A DNA stretch of 64,000 nt from positions 1,054,001-1,118,000 of the forward strand of contig JBLDXI010000046.1 of the NCBI GenBank assembly GCA_047495785.1. The letters run 5' to 3'. How positions within the stretch are numbered: position 1 is the stretch's first letter; each line of letters starts with the position of its first letter. Source of the DNA: Lepidodermella squamata (lineage: Eukaryota; Animalia; Gastrotricha). The notes beneath the pieces were generated by a model. The model ran no database searches and was not told the DNA's origin. It saw only the letters and a list, made by a program, of their open reading frames with translations. Positions 25,380 through 37,786 of this stretch are shown in pieces. The translations under genes were made by a program, and so were the position numbers.

Positions 25380-26760
25380 ACACACTTGCCCCACTTCCGG
25401 CTCACCTGGTATACCTGCTCACGAAGCTCGAATGTTTCAAATTCTCAGTATGGACGATAAGGCACCCCTCGAAGTACAAAGCTCCGCAATCAGGCGTCGA
25501 TTTGTCCGGATCGGAGAAAATCGGAGCACTTTTCAAAGCCTCCGCAGATCGCGCTAAAACCATGTCGCGAGATAGAGCTTGAGTCGTCATATGAATTATC
25601 GTATATAAGGGATCATATAATAATCACCTTGGAAATAACTTCTTGGGATCTCTGAAATAGGATTCTATAGGATCCAAGACCAATACAGCAGTGAAAATTA
25701 TCCCGATCCGGCGGTCCGAAGTTGATCGCAACGAGGTGGCAAAGAATCCATTGCCGAAATCGATTATGATTTAAGTTGATCCCAGCAAGCATCAAACTCC
25801 ACTTCGGCTTAGCTTCCACCAAATGCGTAGGCTGGGTTTGCCGGTCTGGACTGGTTTGGCAATATTTTTCAAACTTCTTTATTAATTTCCTAAACCAATT
25901 ACAATAGCCTGTTCATAATATTATATTTTGCAGCAACAATTATGGATTGAGTGATGAAATTCAGACTTGAAACTCGAAAATGCCATGTTTCTCAAATATT
26001 GTAACAACTTTCGAGAGTTCATGGCGTTTGGCTAGGGTCAAATGCGTCAGACCACATCCACACTGAATTTTCGCCACATCAAAGCCATTATCCAGGAAAT
26101 ACGAAACACCTTCCTCCCAGCCATTTTTAACAGCAATGTACTTGGAATATTTTCAATCAATCACATCGGGTCGTTCGCCTCTCTCAAGAAAGAGCTTGAT
26201 CTTATCCAACCTGTAGTCACGAGTCGCCAGAATCATGGCAGATCGGCCTGAATTATCACCTACGTTCAGTGGGGCTTTGAAATCTTCGATCAAAACTCGT
26301 ACCATCTCAGCTGAATCGCTGTATTTTGCGGCAAAATGAAGCGCGAAGAACCCAGTTGTTGAACAAAGCTTCGATTTCGCCAATCCTAGGTCGAATTTCA
26401 AAATCGTACGTACCATGTTGATATCAGAGTTTTTAATAGCTTCTTGCAGGCCACGGCACATCCCAGAGTCGTTACCTTCGTCTTTAGTCGACTGTAGAAA
26501 AAAATCGACGATTTCAGCTTCGAAAGTCATCGCAAGATTAGTGTTCTTGTTCACGCATCCTTACGCAAATGTCAGCTGCTCGAGTTTCCAGTTTCGACTT
26601 TAACTTGGTCATCTCTTCAGAAAAGTCCACCTCAAAAGCAGAGCGATGAAGTTTTTTATTCGGTTGTTCGCTTTCTCGACTTCGGCATCGATATATTTCA
26701 GCCAGCCGTCAAGCTTACTTCTATCCGTAACAGTTAAATGATGTTCAATTGTCTGTAAAA
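25380..26760 (-). pseudogene. Degenerate TRIM-ankyrin relics (copy A/B-like)
   Basis: ORF 26153-26554 has ankyrin motifs (FFALHFAAKY, SGRSAMILA) with frameshifts; 25402-25590 resembles the LPRN/B-box exon with lost Cys. Confidence 0.75.
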
Positions 26761-26889
26761 ATTGAAGATACATGCGTTTATACAAGGGTGGCGAGAAATA
26801 AAAATATTAAAAAGGGCCTCCGCCTTAATTTTCCTGAATTTTTTCGACTGTGATGAATGCATGATTTTATAAATCGGCAGTCTGATTAC

Positions 26890-28055
26890 CTGTTCTCAGA
26901 GCTTGTTCTCGAGAATGAAGCTTCGAGAGACGCGCAAAACGCGGAAATTGTTCCTATTGATTCTTCCAAGTGTTTGTCAGCGTACTCGAGAAGGTTTGGT
27001 TCATTAGAAATATCAGCAATGTGTTTTGCAATCTAAAAAAAAATAATTATCAAGTTGACATTCCAGAAAAAATGCATATATTAAAATTAAAGTGCACATC
27101 GGCGAGATGGATTGCTATAGAACTCGAAAATATTTTGTGAATTGTTTAGAAGAAATTTAATCCGACCCGGTAAAAACCGAACAATTATCGAACCAGTTAC
27201 CGTCGGGGTTTTCAGGGTTTCTTACAGTACATTTCTTCGGTAAAATCGTGAATAAACGATGGAAGATCTTGATTTCAGTGGGGCTTCAGTGGGCTTGATT
27301 TCATAAAATTCGTCCCAATTCCAAATTTCAAAATTTCAAATACTCCGGGATCGCAATTCTTCTATTAGGACTGAAAGAAAAACGCCACCTGAAAAATTAC
27401 CATTTTACGCAAAGAAATGATTTCCTGTCTCATGCGCTCGGCATGAAAATACCGACATCCTTCGCAAAAGTTTTTATCGCAATGCGGGCATTTGGTTGGT
27501 GTTGCTGAAGACGACAGATGGATGCATTCGTCTGAACGAGCTGAGTCGACATCATCGGATAGTTTCAGGTTCTTGAAGCTACAACGGCACCTTTCAGCGA
27601 AATGTTACGAGGCAAACCTGGAAAATGGTTAAACATATTTTAACTAATATCGAGGCACCAAAACCAGAACTATAGCACCACATTTTCCGATCATTAGCGA
27701 TTTTGTTTTGGAATGAAAATTCCCAACATTTTGTGTTCAATGAGTATTTAATGTTCGCCCCACAACTAGCTTATATAAGAAAAGATAACCTTTTACGCCA
27801 TCCTGAGGAACCATCGAAAACGATCGACATTCCGGGCATTCCAGCGGTGATTTTTCAGGCTTTGGTTCCAATATCTGTGTCAAACAATTTGTGCAACACG
27901 AATGTCCACAAGCCGGCAAAACTCGCGGATCATCGTAAAATTCGTGGCATATCGAACACGTTAATGACTGGACAAAATAGAATGCTGAATTTTCTTTTGC
28001 AAAAATGAAACCTTACAAGTTGAAGGTTGCTAATGGGCAACGAAGGCGCAGCCAT
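26890..28055 (-). pseudogene. TRIM-ankyrin copy D, truncated paralog of copy C
   Basis: Exon 1 MAAPSLPISNLQL, intact RING exon, deletion/frameshift after GLPRNISLK, truncated coiled-coil exon. Confidence 0.8.
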
Positions 28056-28759
28056 TTCTTTGTAATTTGATAGAAATATCTAGCAAACAATCACTCATTG
28101 AAGCAATACAAATTCCAAAAGTTGAAATTGTAACGAGTGTGCACTCAGTGTGGTGCCAGATGTAACATGTGTGTCGCGTGCGGCCTCGCGCCTCGCGCCT
28201 CGCCCTTCAGTTTTAAACACAGGCATAGCTTACTAGTCAGCATAGCTCGTAACATGGTCTACATTTTGATACATTGAGCAAGATTGGGATATTTTTTCTG
28301 ATTTTCAGGAGTGTTCAAAATGCCAGCAAGGTGAATTTGCATTAAATTGGAACACAAGCACAGTTCACTAGTCTTTGATCTTTCCTCAGCTAAACCACGT
28401 GGGCGTGGTGCCCGTGCTCTCGGCAGATATTCTAGAATGAAACCTTCAGCTTTTTTATCGATGAAGGTTGAGATTTCTTTTCTAAAATTCCTGGAAAATC
28501 AGAAAAAATCTTCCATGCGCGATCTCAGTATCAACATGTGGACCATGATGCCAGGACAGTCAAAATCAGTAAACTGCTTCAATTTAAAATTCATTAACGG
28601 TTTTAATTACGCTTATTTGACGAGGTAAGTCTCATTTCCTTCGCTTCTTTATGTTTTGGGGTTCTTCAACTTAGGTTCTAGAAGGCTATAGGGAGCGAGT
28701 CCACCTCCCATCTCTCGTCCTGGTCCCCTTACAACCGCGTAAGCGAACACGGAGTGTGT

Positions 28760-28840
28760 GTCGGCCATGGTGGCTCAAAGGTTAGAGCCGTGCCTTCTCA
28801 GAAAGGCAGCCCGGGTTCAATCCCCGGGTACGACACTTTT
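28760..28840 (+). ncRNA. tRNA-derived Pol III unit (tRNA pseudogene or SINE head)
   Basis: A box TGGCTCAAAGG, D stem GCTC/GAGC, stem TGCCT/AGGCA, T arm CCGGG-TTCAATC-CCCGG, TTTT at 28837; acceptor stem and anticodon loop irregular. Confidence 0.65.
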
Positions 28841-29354
28841 CGAGCACTCGTGTAGCGCGTTACAACGGCAAACCGGGCTGCGTTCATCTAAACTTGTGAT
28901 TTGGATATCAATCGTCGGAGGCTGCTGATCTCGTTACTTTCCCGAGGCGGTTCAAAGGTTCCATTTCTTATTAGGATCGTCACCTGGGCGGTTTCCGCAA
29001 AAGACTAGAAAAGCGAGTTAAATACCAGATTCCCACGTCATTGAGCCAGTCATTCGGCATAGCTACGACGAACGCTGACAAACAGGATTATTTGGCACTC
29101 GGCACCACAGAGACCAGTCAGGGGCTTGTCGCTTTGTAATGTCTTTAACTTTCGTTGAATCATTTATTTGTTTGGTTGTAACCAAATTATTTTAAAATAG
29201 ATTCTTGAATATAAAAAATTGTTAGCTGAAAGCATTGTATAAAGCGGTTAGACAAATAGCAAATTAACATGGCATTTCAATCTATAGGGTTTCCCACATC
29301 TGATTCTCCATATGCCCCAATTTGCTGCTTTTCCTCGACTTTTTGTACTCACCT

Positions 29355-32300
29355 TCATTCAAAAAGCAAGAGAATGACAATTAGAGCGGCGAAGACCGAT
29401 ATCGCTGCGCTATTAGTTCTATCGATTCTAGACCACATACTGCGGTTCTTAACCGCGTTTTTCACACGGGACGGATTACAAGTGCCGTTTTGTAAGTACA
29501 TCGCATCTGAGCATGAAGTGCAGTCTTGGTCGGTGTCACCAGCGCAATTTCGGCAAGATACGTGGCACGGCGCACAGCCCCAAAACAGCTTGCCGTAGAA
29601 TCCTAAATTAAATCGCAAAACAATCCATATAGATAGCCTCAAATTGCGAATTTTGAAATTGAATTTTGACCATTTCTACGTCTTAAGTCGTTTAAACCAG
29701 TGCTTCTTGTCGAAATTTTTCCGTGACCCCACCGAAAGTCGCAACCCACCGATTTTTAGATCATCAGCCTTGATTTGGACATGAAATTTTTTTCGGATAT
29801 TGAACCAGAATGCCAACGGTTTCTCTAGCCTACAAAAATCCTCTTGATTCGTGAACAAACCAAATTTCAACACAATTCGCGACATTTTATCGTTCCCCTT
29901 AAGGCGACCATTTGAAACTGAGAATAAATGACTTTTCTCGAAAAGTAAAGCAATTTTCCACCTTTATCTAAGGAAAAAAGAGTTTAGCGTACCTTGCGGG
30001 CACTGACTTGAAGGACACTTGTCACACGCCGATTTCGCATTGTCCAAGCAATAGCCACGCGGACATTCGCGTAGACACGCTGAACGGTTCGGCGATAGAA
30101 ACAGGCCGTTTTGGCACGACGCACAGCTTTCTAGCGACGCGCAGTTCATACAATTCGCTGCACAGGCGATGCACGTTTTTGCCGTTTCATTCCTGAAAAA
30201 CTGCGGCAGGCACGTCGAAACGCATACGCCAGCGTCGGTTTTGTAATTTCTGCACTTTTTACATTCGGCAGCTGAGGAGCCGGTACAGCCAAGGCCGGAA
30301 ACGCATTCAGGGTGGCATATCATACTGGTGATACCCGTATATTGCGGTACATCTTTCGGCATTGTTACGTTGTCCTTCCGGTTCAAAGTCGAGGATTCCG
30401 GCGCGAATTCGGTTCCATATAAAACGAGGCGCCACGATTTGAAAGTGCCGCCACTCGGCCCGAAACCCTGTTTAACAATCTCCAGTTTCCACTTCCCATT
30501 CGGCGATTCGCCCCAAAAGTGGACAGACATAAATGGCCACTCTTTAAATTCGCCCCGATCTCGATCACGCGGCCTCCAAGGCATCAATTGTGATCGAGTT
30601 CCTGACGGGCTGGTTAGATATATTTCTAAATAGCCACGTGGTGAATATTCGATTGATATTTGAGCCTGGACATGCTCTAAATATCGAATATTGTCCGAAG
30701 ACCCGGCACACCCGTCGACATTAGCCTCTAAAACCAGTGGCATATTCCCAGTAATGGCGCGCCGTTGTTCATCCATATGAGGTACGCACAATTTTTGCGA
30801 AGGCACAGTTTTCCATTTCTCAGCTAGCCGCACCATTGCGAGGCCGTCCATAAGGCCGTAACCGTATTTTGTGCTCACGTTACGCCCGATGCCGTTTGTT
30901 ATCCAGTTTCCGTCGTACAACGGCTCAGTTCGCGATGTTTCGATGACAATGTGCTGAACATCGCGCCAGGTGAGTTGAGGATTTGCTTCCAGTGCTAGGG
31001 CGATCATGCCGCTGGCCATTGGAGCTGATGCGGATGTACCTAAAAGGCAAAATGACAAGGTGGTAGGGGGAGAAGTTCCAAAACTTGGCACTAGAAACGT
31101 ATCATGAATTCGAGAGGGAAAAGTAAGTAAAAACCTTCAATCAAGATATCATCGTGACAGTTATGCTAACTTTATAAAAAAATGCGTTACCTGGCAAGGG
31201 GAGAAATTCCAAAACTTGGCACTAGAACTGTAAATAAAGACCTTCGTCCTATGGTAAGCTATGCTAAGCATAAATACCACCTGACGAATACAGCCCAAGT
31301 TTCGGGAGAGCTCATCGCGAACTCAATCACGATTTCACACTCAAATGAGAATTTTCGAGCAAGGCTTAATTCAGCTTGGTTATTACATTATTCCTTATTC
31401 CTCGCTTGGCGAAATCTCCAAAAATCTCCAATTGAATCCATTTTTTGCACAGTAGTGGTAACGGAGAACGCTTTCTTGAAAAACAATCAGCTTTCCATTT
31501 GGATCTCGGAGCCCCGTGGGTCCCGGAAAATGGGTGCAGAATAGCACCTATAATCGGATTTCGGAGCCACCTGGCAATAAATGCAAATCTTGGCTTTTGG
31601 CAAATATTTCTTCACTACACTCGTAAAGATGGTCAAGAGCATGAGCCGCCGATAAAGAAAGTTTAAGAGGGGACATTTTAAGACATTGAGAAAACTGTGT
31701 TATCTTCTTCAATTTTTTCGTTACCTGTATGCCTTTCCGTACAACCGTGGTGTAAATCTGTAGTCACAACTTTTCGATCTCTAATCTCGTCGCCAGAACT
31801 GTAAGTCGTCGCAATTGTTGACGCGCATTCCTCCAAGTACCATGGTGCAACACCATGCTCCGTCGCACTGCTGATCGAGAGCGTGTAAATCGAATTCGCG
31901 AAGCCATCACACGCACATGAGTCCCAATTAATTCCACCATTTCCAGACGCCCAAACAAAAATATTGCCTTTCCCACCGCGGCCATATAACACTCCTTGGA
32001 GGAAAGCTTCCATCGCAAGAATTCCAGGCCCATCAACCGCCGTTCCGTTATCATCAGGGCCCCAACTAGCGGAGTAAATATCGATGTGTTGTCGGTTCAA
32101 AGAAAGGGAAGCAGCCTCGACAGCGCCGGTGGTAATACCGCCGTCTAACATGCGAATTCCACCTATTTTGGCGTTGAAAGCCACGCCAACCGTGCACATG
32201 CTGTTGTTAGCAACAGCGGCTACTTGACCAGCGCAACGAGTTCCGTGATTATGTGAATCAAATATATCGTAAAAAGGAGTAGGATCATCATCGTCGTTGA

Positions 32301-33056
32301 CAAAGTCGCGACTAGCTTGCGGGTCGTAATTAGGTGCTATGTCTGGGTGGCTCTTCTCAATGCCCTCGTCCAAAATTGTAACGACAACGTTCTTCCCAGT
32401 GTAGCCCGCTAGCCATGCAGCTCTCACATTCATATCATAACCTCCTTTTGCACCGTTCAGCTAAGATAAACCAAGACGATCGAGGTCATAATTCAAAGTT
32501 AGCTCCTATCAGTCAACTTACCAAATACCACGATTTGGGCCACTTAGAGTCATTAAAGCTGAGATCACTGGTGTTAGTACCGCGTTTCACCCGATTTCTG
32601 TCATTAAAGCTAAGATCATCGGCGACAGTACCGCGTTTCCCAAGCTTTTTAGGCACTTGGCGCTCTGAATATTTCACACCACTGCGTTTCGCCAAGTTCT
32701 CCGATATCGCAGCCATCCAGCTCTGACTGTGTTTATGAGCTTCTCGCCTTTTGATGACATGGGAAAATTGCGAGATTTTATCTGCCTCAGGCCACTGACC
32801 TTCTAACAAATACACATCAAGACTGCCGACCTGAAGAGCGAAGAATTCACGGATTGTGCAATAGGTCTTAAAATATTACCTGGCTCTTGAACTCTAGTCC
32901 ATGTTCGCGGGCCAGTCGTCGAGCAGCCTCCTCGCCTCCATCGATAGCGACCGCCCACTGATGAACCTTCTTGATCTCGTCGATCGAATATGAATATGCA
33001 GGCAGCACTTGGCAAAGACTGCAAAATAATAATAGCACTGTGAAAATTCTCAACAT
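29355..33056 (-). CDS. Furin/kexin-like proprotein convertase 2, catalytically intact (5 coding exons)
   Basis: ILDEGIE (Asp), HNHGTRCAG (His), WASGNGG (oxyanion Asn), HTG|TSASAP (Ser); same exon structure as gene 1. Confidence 0.92.
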
Positions 33057-34930
33057 CACACAATCTACAATGAAATATGATTAATATGAAGGACGTGTAA
33101 GCCAATAGCAAAGATAGCCTAAATATGGACAGAAATTTGGACAGAAATATACGCAGCTAACTAAGTATATGGACTATACTGACAGACCAAATGGGGAGAA
33201 ATCGGATTAGCCACCCTTCCTAATAACTGCTTAAAACCTTGACTTCAAAAACATGGTCGTCGGCCATTATTCATCTTGTCGTCACTTCCGCGATCAAGAA
33301 GTATTGAAAACGCAAATGCGTCACAAGTGCGCCACAAGTGCGCCAAAATCCCCACTGAGATAATAAATACAGACCACGCCAAGCACGCCAAGCACGTAAA
33401 AAACTTTGCCGTAACAATAAACGAGAAAAACTATTGGGCTTTTACGCTGTTACATGGTTACTTTACTACACATAATGACTTGAATGTGACGAGTGACGAG
33501 TAACGAAGTATCTTAGCATTAGGAAGTTCGATATTTTTTATGTAGGTGACATGCGGGTGACTAATACTGAAACTCAGATAAGTCATCATTTTTGACCGAA
33601 ATTTTTCACCCGCTTGCCTTCCTAATCGAATTAGGTTAACTCTCTCCATGGACGAAGACTGGACTTGAATGCTTTTTAATACTGCTTTTTAATAGTTTAA
33701 AGTTTTAACGCTCAATTTTACCATATGAATGTTAAAACTACCCTATTTTACGGATTATGAAACAGTTCCCTGTGTTTGTTTCAAACGGGGTTCAAAGTCC
33801 CGCCTTGTATTTGAGTTCTGCATTTTTTTATTCAAACGACGATTACCCTAAGCCCATTATTCCGGTCCTGCCTAATAGTTCGTTAAATAATACGCTATTC
33901 GTCATAAAAATCGCAATTACGAACCGGAGAAATCGAGGATATCTTTCTCTTCAAGAAATAGCATGTCAATATGCTGAAAAATCGATCCAATCACGTGTTT
34001 CGGCAATTTCTAGCCCAACCAATAGCCAATAGCGATATAGTGGTTCAATCAAGATAGGCGAAATAGCTGAAGGTAGTTTTGCCCGCCCGATTCACAGATT
34101 GCAGAAAACATCCGATTGTGGCAGTGAAATATAATACATCTCGCCAATGAATTATTTTTCTTGTGTCCTGTGTACTTGGGCTACGGAATTTGGGCACGAT
34201 AGAATATCAACTTGACAGGTAACTCGCTATTTCTATCGCGGAAACTGATAAAAGGAAGGAAGTATGATCAAAGATTTGTCATCTCAAAAGCAAAATGTCG
34301 AATATTCCCAGGTCGAAATTTTAGACATAGTAGATATAATTTGAACTCCTGCCAAATGTACGCAATTAAATCATTTTCAGCGTATAATTTACATGTTATC
34401 GATTGATTCAAATTTTCAACACATCTTTATTAACACGCGTTATTTTTCGAAAGAGCGGCATTCGATAGGTATTGAAAATACGTATTCCGCACATCATAAC
34501 TTCTCAAGTCTCAACGATAACAGGTTGATTCAACTTGCAGAGTTGTCGAACTTCGAGCCCTAAAGGGTAGACAGTGTGATTCGCCAAGAAAATTACGCTC
34601 CAACAAATATTTACAAAACAAATATTTCGAAATTGAATTCATCAAATTCATGCAAAGCTTCCTGAGCAGTAATTCTTTGGCCCGCGCGTGACTTGGCTAT
34701 AGGATGAAAACTGTCCGAATGTTTTATTTTTATGTCTTCGCAGACGAGCACTATGTGAGCGTGACAAGAACTCTACACCTCAGCTCTTGACATACGAATG
34801 AGCTAGAATTAAATATAAAGTGATAATTTTGCTTTTCTGGCGAAACCATTAGCGGGAAGGAAGTGTACGACTCTTACACTTCATACCCAACATTTCTCAC
34901 TTCGTCGAAGTTCATCGCCACATTTTCAGC

Positions 34931-37339
34931 ATGTTAACGTCAATTCTAACTTTGCCATGCCTTTGCGTGGCTACCAGCTTGATCGCCGCTGTAGTCGAGT
35001 GCAACACAGAAAAATTCAAGCTCAAAATAACAAAATTGATTCCCTTCACGCTCCGCCTTCCAAGGAAGGGCGAATCGTGCAGAGACTCAAGCCTCATAGC
35101 GCTGTCTATGGTCAACAAAAATGACAAGATCCTGCCAGACTACGACGTTGATCTCGCGTTTGAAGACGAACTGATTGGCAACAACGTCGCCTCTGTCGCA
35201 ATCAATCGTTTCAACAAACTGCCAAACGATTCCAACGCAACACCTCTCATACTAGGACCTCATGTGTCAACCGGTTGCAAAGCTGTCGGACCAGTTCTAC
35301 CTTACATAAATTCCGTGATGATCAGCACTCATTGCACGGCAGGGATATTTTCCGACCACCGCGTTTACCCGAATTTGTATTTGATGCTGGCAACTAGTAA
35401 GTTCTCCGTCATGGCTGAGATGCACTTCATGCGGTATGTTGGAAAGTGGAACCGTTTTGCGATTATCACCAACCCAGCAAACATCGACGCATATGGCGCC
35501 GCGAAATTACTGCAGGAGACAGCAATTGATGCCGGTTTCGAGGTCCCATGGTACGACATGATAATCGATGGCTATGGCGACGATGAGCAAATCATGACGT
35601 CGTTGAAGGCAACAGATGTCCGCGTCATTGTCCTCTACAACGGTTTCGAGGGGACCCTGTATCGGATTTTATGTGGCCTCTACAAATACGGCCTAACCGG
35701 GCCGAAGTACATCTATATAGGCCACTACACGTCCTTTGTCGATCCTGTCAATATTTCACCGACAGCCCAGGTGTACCCAGACTGTAAACGGGATATTATC
35801 ATCGAACAGTACAAATACACGTACTGGGTTGGGTCAATCTACGCAAGTCCTACGGCGAATGTGACTTCTCAACTTGGCATCACCCAGCAGCAATTTGTCG
35901 ACCAGCTGGACGCTATGACCAACTTCTCGCGACCTGCTGAATATTTTCAGAAATTTCTGTGCCATGACACTGTGTTGCGGGGTCTTTATGCATTGGATGA
36001 CGCGGATCGGAGGCTCAAAAGTCGCTTCAATCTGAGTTTGAGGAATTACACAACACATCCTGATATTGTCATGAAAGCTGTTAATCATTCGGTTTATTCA
36101 ACGAAAATCTATGGCTTGAGGACACCTGAAATCATGGGCTACAACTCAGCTGGTCAAGTTGTAGGCGAGGTTCAAGTCATCGGGATTTACGGAGGTTTTG
36201 GGACAAGGGATCTAATCAATGTCGCCACAGCTCATCAAAAACCTAATAGTACAGATTTCGTATTCGATAGCTATTACATCAAGCTGGTAAGTAATGACAG
36301 TTTGACATGGCCGAATGGCGGTGATAAACCACCCCTAGACGCAATGGCTAGGTTGAAAATCGTCAAACAAGCTGACGCTTTGACAGCTATTGCGGTTGTA
36401 GCAGCTTTGACCGCAGCAATTCAAGTTAGTTTTATGGTACTTTTGATGAAAAACACCGCGGTGGTCGATTACACAGGAGGGAAACTCATCACTGTTTCCG
36501 CTTGTCTATTTTTGGATGCAGCAGCTGTTATTTTTGTCATGAATTTGGAAAAGCAAACTTTCATATCAAGGATCGTTTTTCTATGTCTCGGAACGGCTTT
36601 GCTGAACGGAATGCAAGTTTCGAGAAGTGTTTTGCTTGTTCATTCTGTGACAGCTTTTCGAAGGTCACTCGGAATCCCAAGCTTTTCGGGAACATCAGTC
36701 GGCATGACTACTTATCATTCATCACACAGGACATCCCGGAAACGAAGCGATTTCCACCATTTGACTCAACGTTCGTTTGGCAGATCGACTGAAATGACTA
36801 GGTTCCAGAGTACTAATGGTTTCAAGCTACCGATGAAGCAACTTGATACATGGTGTTGTATCATTGCAGCAATCTCTGCATGCGGCATTTCAGCATTAAT
36901 CTCTGTCTGGTTGGGATCTTCGCAGATTATCTGTAACGAAACCCCTTTGACAAAGGCGTTCTACGACGAAAATAGCGACACTTTGATCGAAACTTTTGTA
37001 AATACATGTTCGGGCTATTCAGATAATTCATGGATCGTAGCTTTCCTGGTAATCAACTTAGCTGAGCTGTTGGTTGGTTTGATTTTCCAGTTCAAACTGG
37101 AAACATTAATCAAGCCAACTTTGATTAACATTCCTGAGCTAACGATTCATCGGAATGCGATGATCAACACTTTAACAAGTATTTTCTGCACGACTCTGAT
37201 ATCTGTTATTCTGGCAAACGATGCCATTAATCAGGCAACGGTTGTAGCAGTTTGGTGTCTGATTTTGTCGATAACGACAACGATGTTAATTGCGATTCCC
37301 ACATCGCGAAAAAGTGGAAACCGAACCTACCAGGATTGA
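34931..37339 (+). CDS. Intronless class C (GABA-B-like) GPCR: Venus-flytrap/ANF-receptor domain + 7TM
   Basis: 802 aa; signal peptide, ILPDYDV, LILGP..S..C, YPNLY, DVRVIV, CGLYKYGLTGPKYIYI motifs; seven hydrophobic segments; no Cys-rich linker. Confidence 0.8.
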   Translation: MLTSILTLPCLCVATSLIAAVVECNTEKFKLKITKLIPFTLRLPRKGESCRDSSLIALSMVNKNDKILPDYDVDLAFEDELIGNNVASVAINRFNKLPNDSNATPLILGPHVSTGCKAVGPVLPYINSVMISTHCTAGIFSDHRVYPNLYLMLATSKFSVMAEMHFMRYVGKWNRFAIITNPANIDAYGAAKLLQETAIDAGFEVPWYDMIIDGYGDDEQIMTSLKATDVRVIVLYNGFEGTLYRILCGLYKYGLTGPKYIYIGHYTSFVDPVNISPTAQVYPDCKRDIIIEQYKYTYWVGSIYASPTANVTSQLGITQQQFVDQLDAMTNFSRPAEYFQKFLCHDTVLRGLYALDDADRRLKSRFNLSLRNYTTHPDIVMKAVNHSVYSTKIYGLRTPEIMGYNSAGQVVGEVQVIGIYGGFGTRDLINVATAHQKPNSTDFVFDSYYIKLVSNDSLTWPNGGDKPPLDAMARLKIVKQADALTAIAVVAALTAAIQVSFMVLLMKNTAVVDYTGGKLITVSACLFLDAAAVIFVMNLEKQTFISRIVFLCLGTALLNGMQVSRSVLLVHSVTAFRRSLGIPSFSGTSVGMTTYHSSHRTSRKRSDFHHLTQRSFGRSTEMTRFQSTNGFKLPMKQLDTWCCIIAAISACGISALISVWLGSSQIICNETPLTKAFYDENSDTLIETFVNTCSGYSDNSWIVAFLVINLAELLVGLIFQFKLETLIKPTLINIPELTIHRNAMINTLTSIFCTTLISVILANDAINQATVVAVWCLILSITTTMLIAIPTSRKSGNRTYQD

Positions 37340-37786
37340 TCAAACCTTTAAGCAGTCATCTTGACCTGAATTCTGAATGTCTATCAAATAGATTACAATA
37401 CATTGCCATAATAAGAATAAACTGAAAATAAGGACAGGCTGTAGGTTGCTAGTGACCTTAAACGCGTTGACTAGGCCTGATCTACTCGTTGGAATTCATT
37501 ATTATTACATTCAAATTGTAACATCAGCTAATTTAATTCAAGGATTACGTTTTGCGTAGAACCCAAAAATTAGCCTGTATTTCTTTACGTGATGTAAAAA
37601 AGGAATTGCTACACATTATTAGATCGATACAGAGCGCCATGCTGATGATCGTTAAAAAAGCCGTGCGAACAGTTAATTGGGTTAAATTTCACGCGATATA
37701 GAACTACGATAACAAGTTAAATTTTGCTAAAAATTCAGACAGAGAGCTGCAAGCGCGAAAAAAACGAATCATTTCAACGTTTAGCG

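Noticed and set aside
28599-28700. SL-RNA-like GGTTTTAATTACGCTTATTTGACGAG|GTAAGT with the donor in a hairpin
   Set aside because: No canonical Sm site downstream, and it reads equally well as the end of an exon of a degenerate plus-strand gene (28310-28624).
28760-28835. Functional tRNA (Sec or Leu)
   Set aside because: Acceptor stem disrupted, anticodon loop 6 or 8 nt, no long variable arm; kept only as tRNA-derived.
33757-34406. Small plus-strand ORFs upstream of the GPCR
   Set aside because: Short, with no motifs or paralog support.
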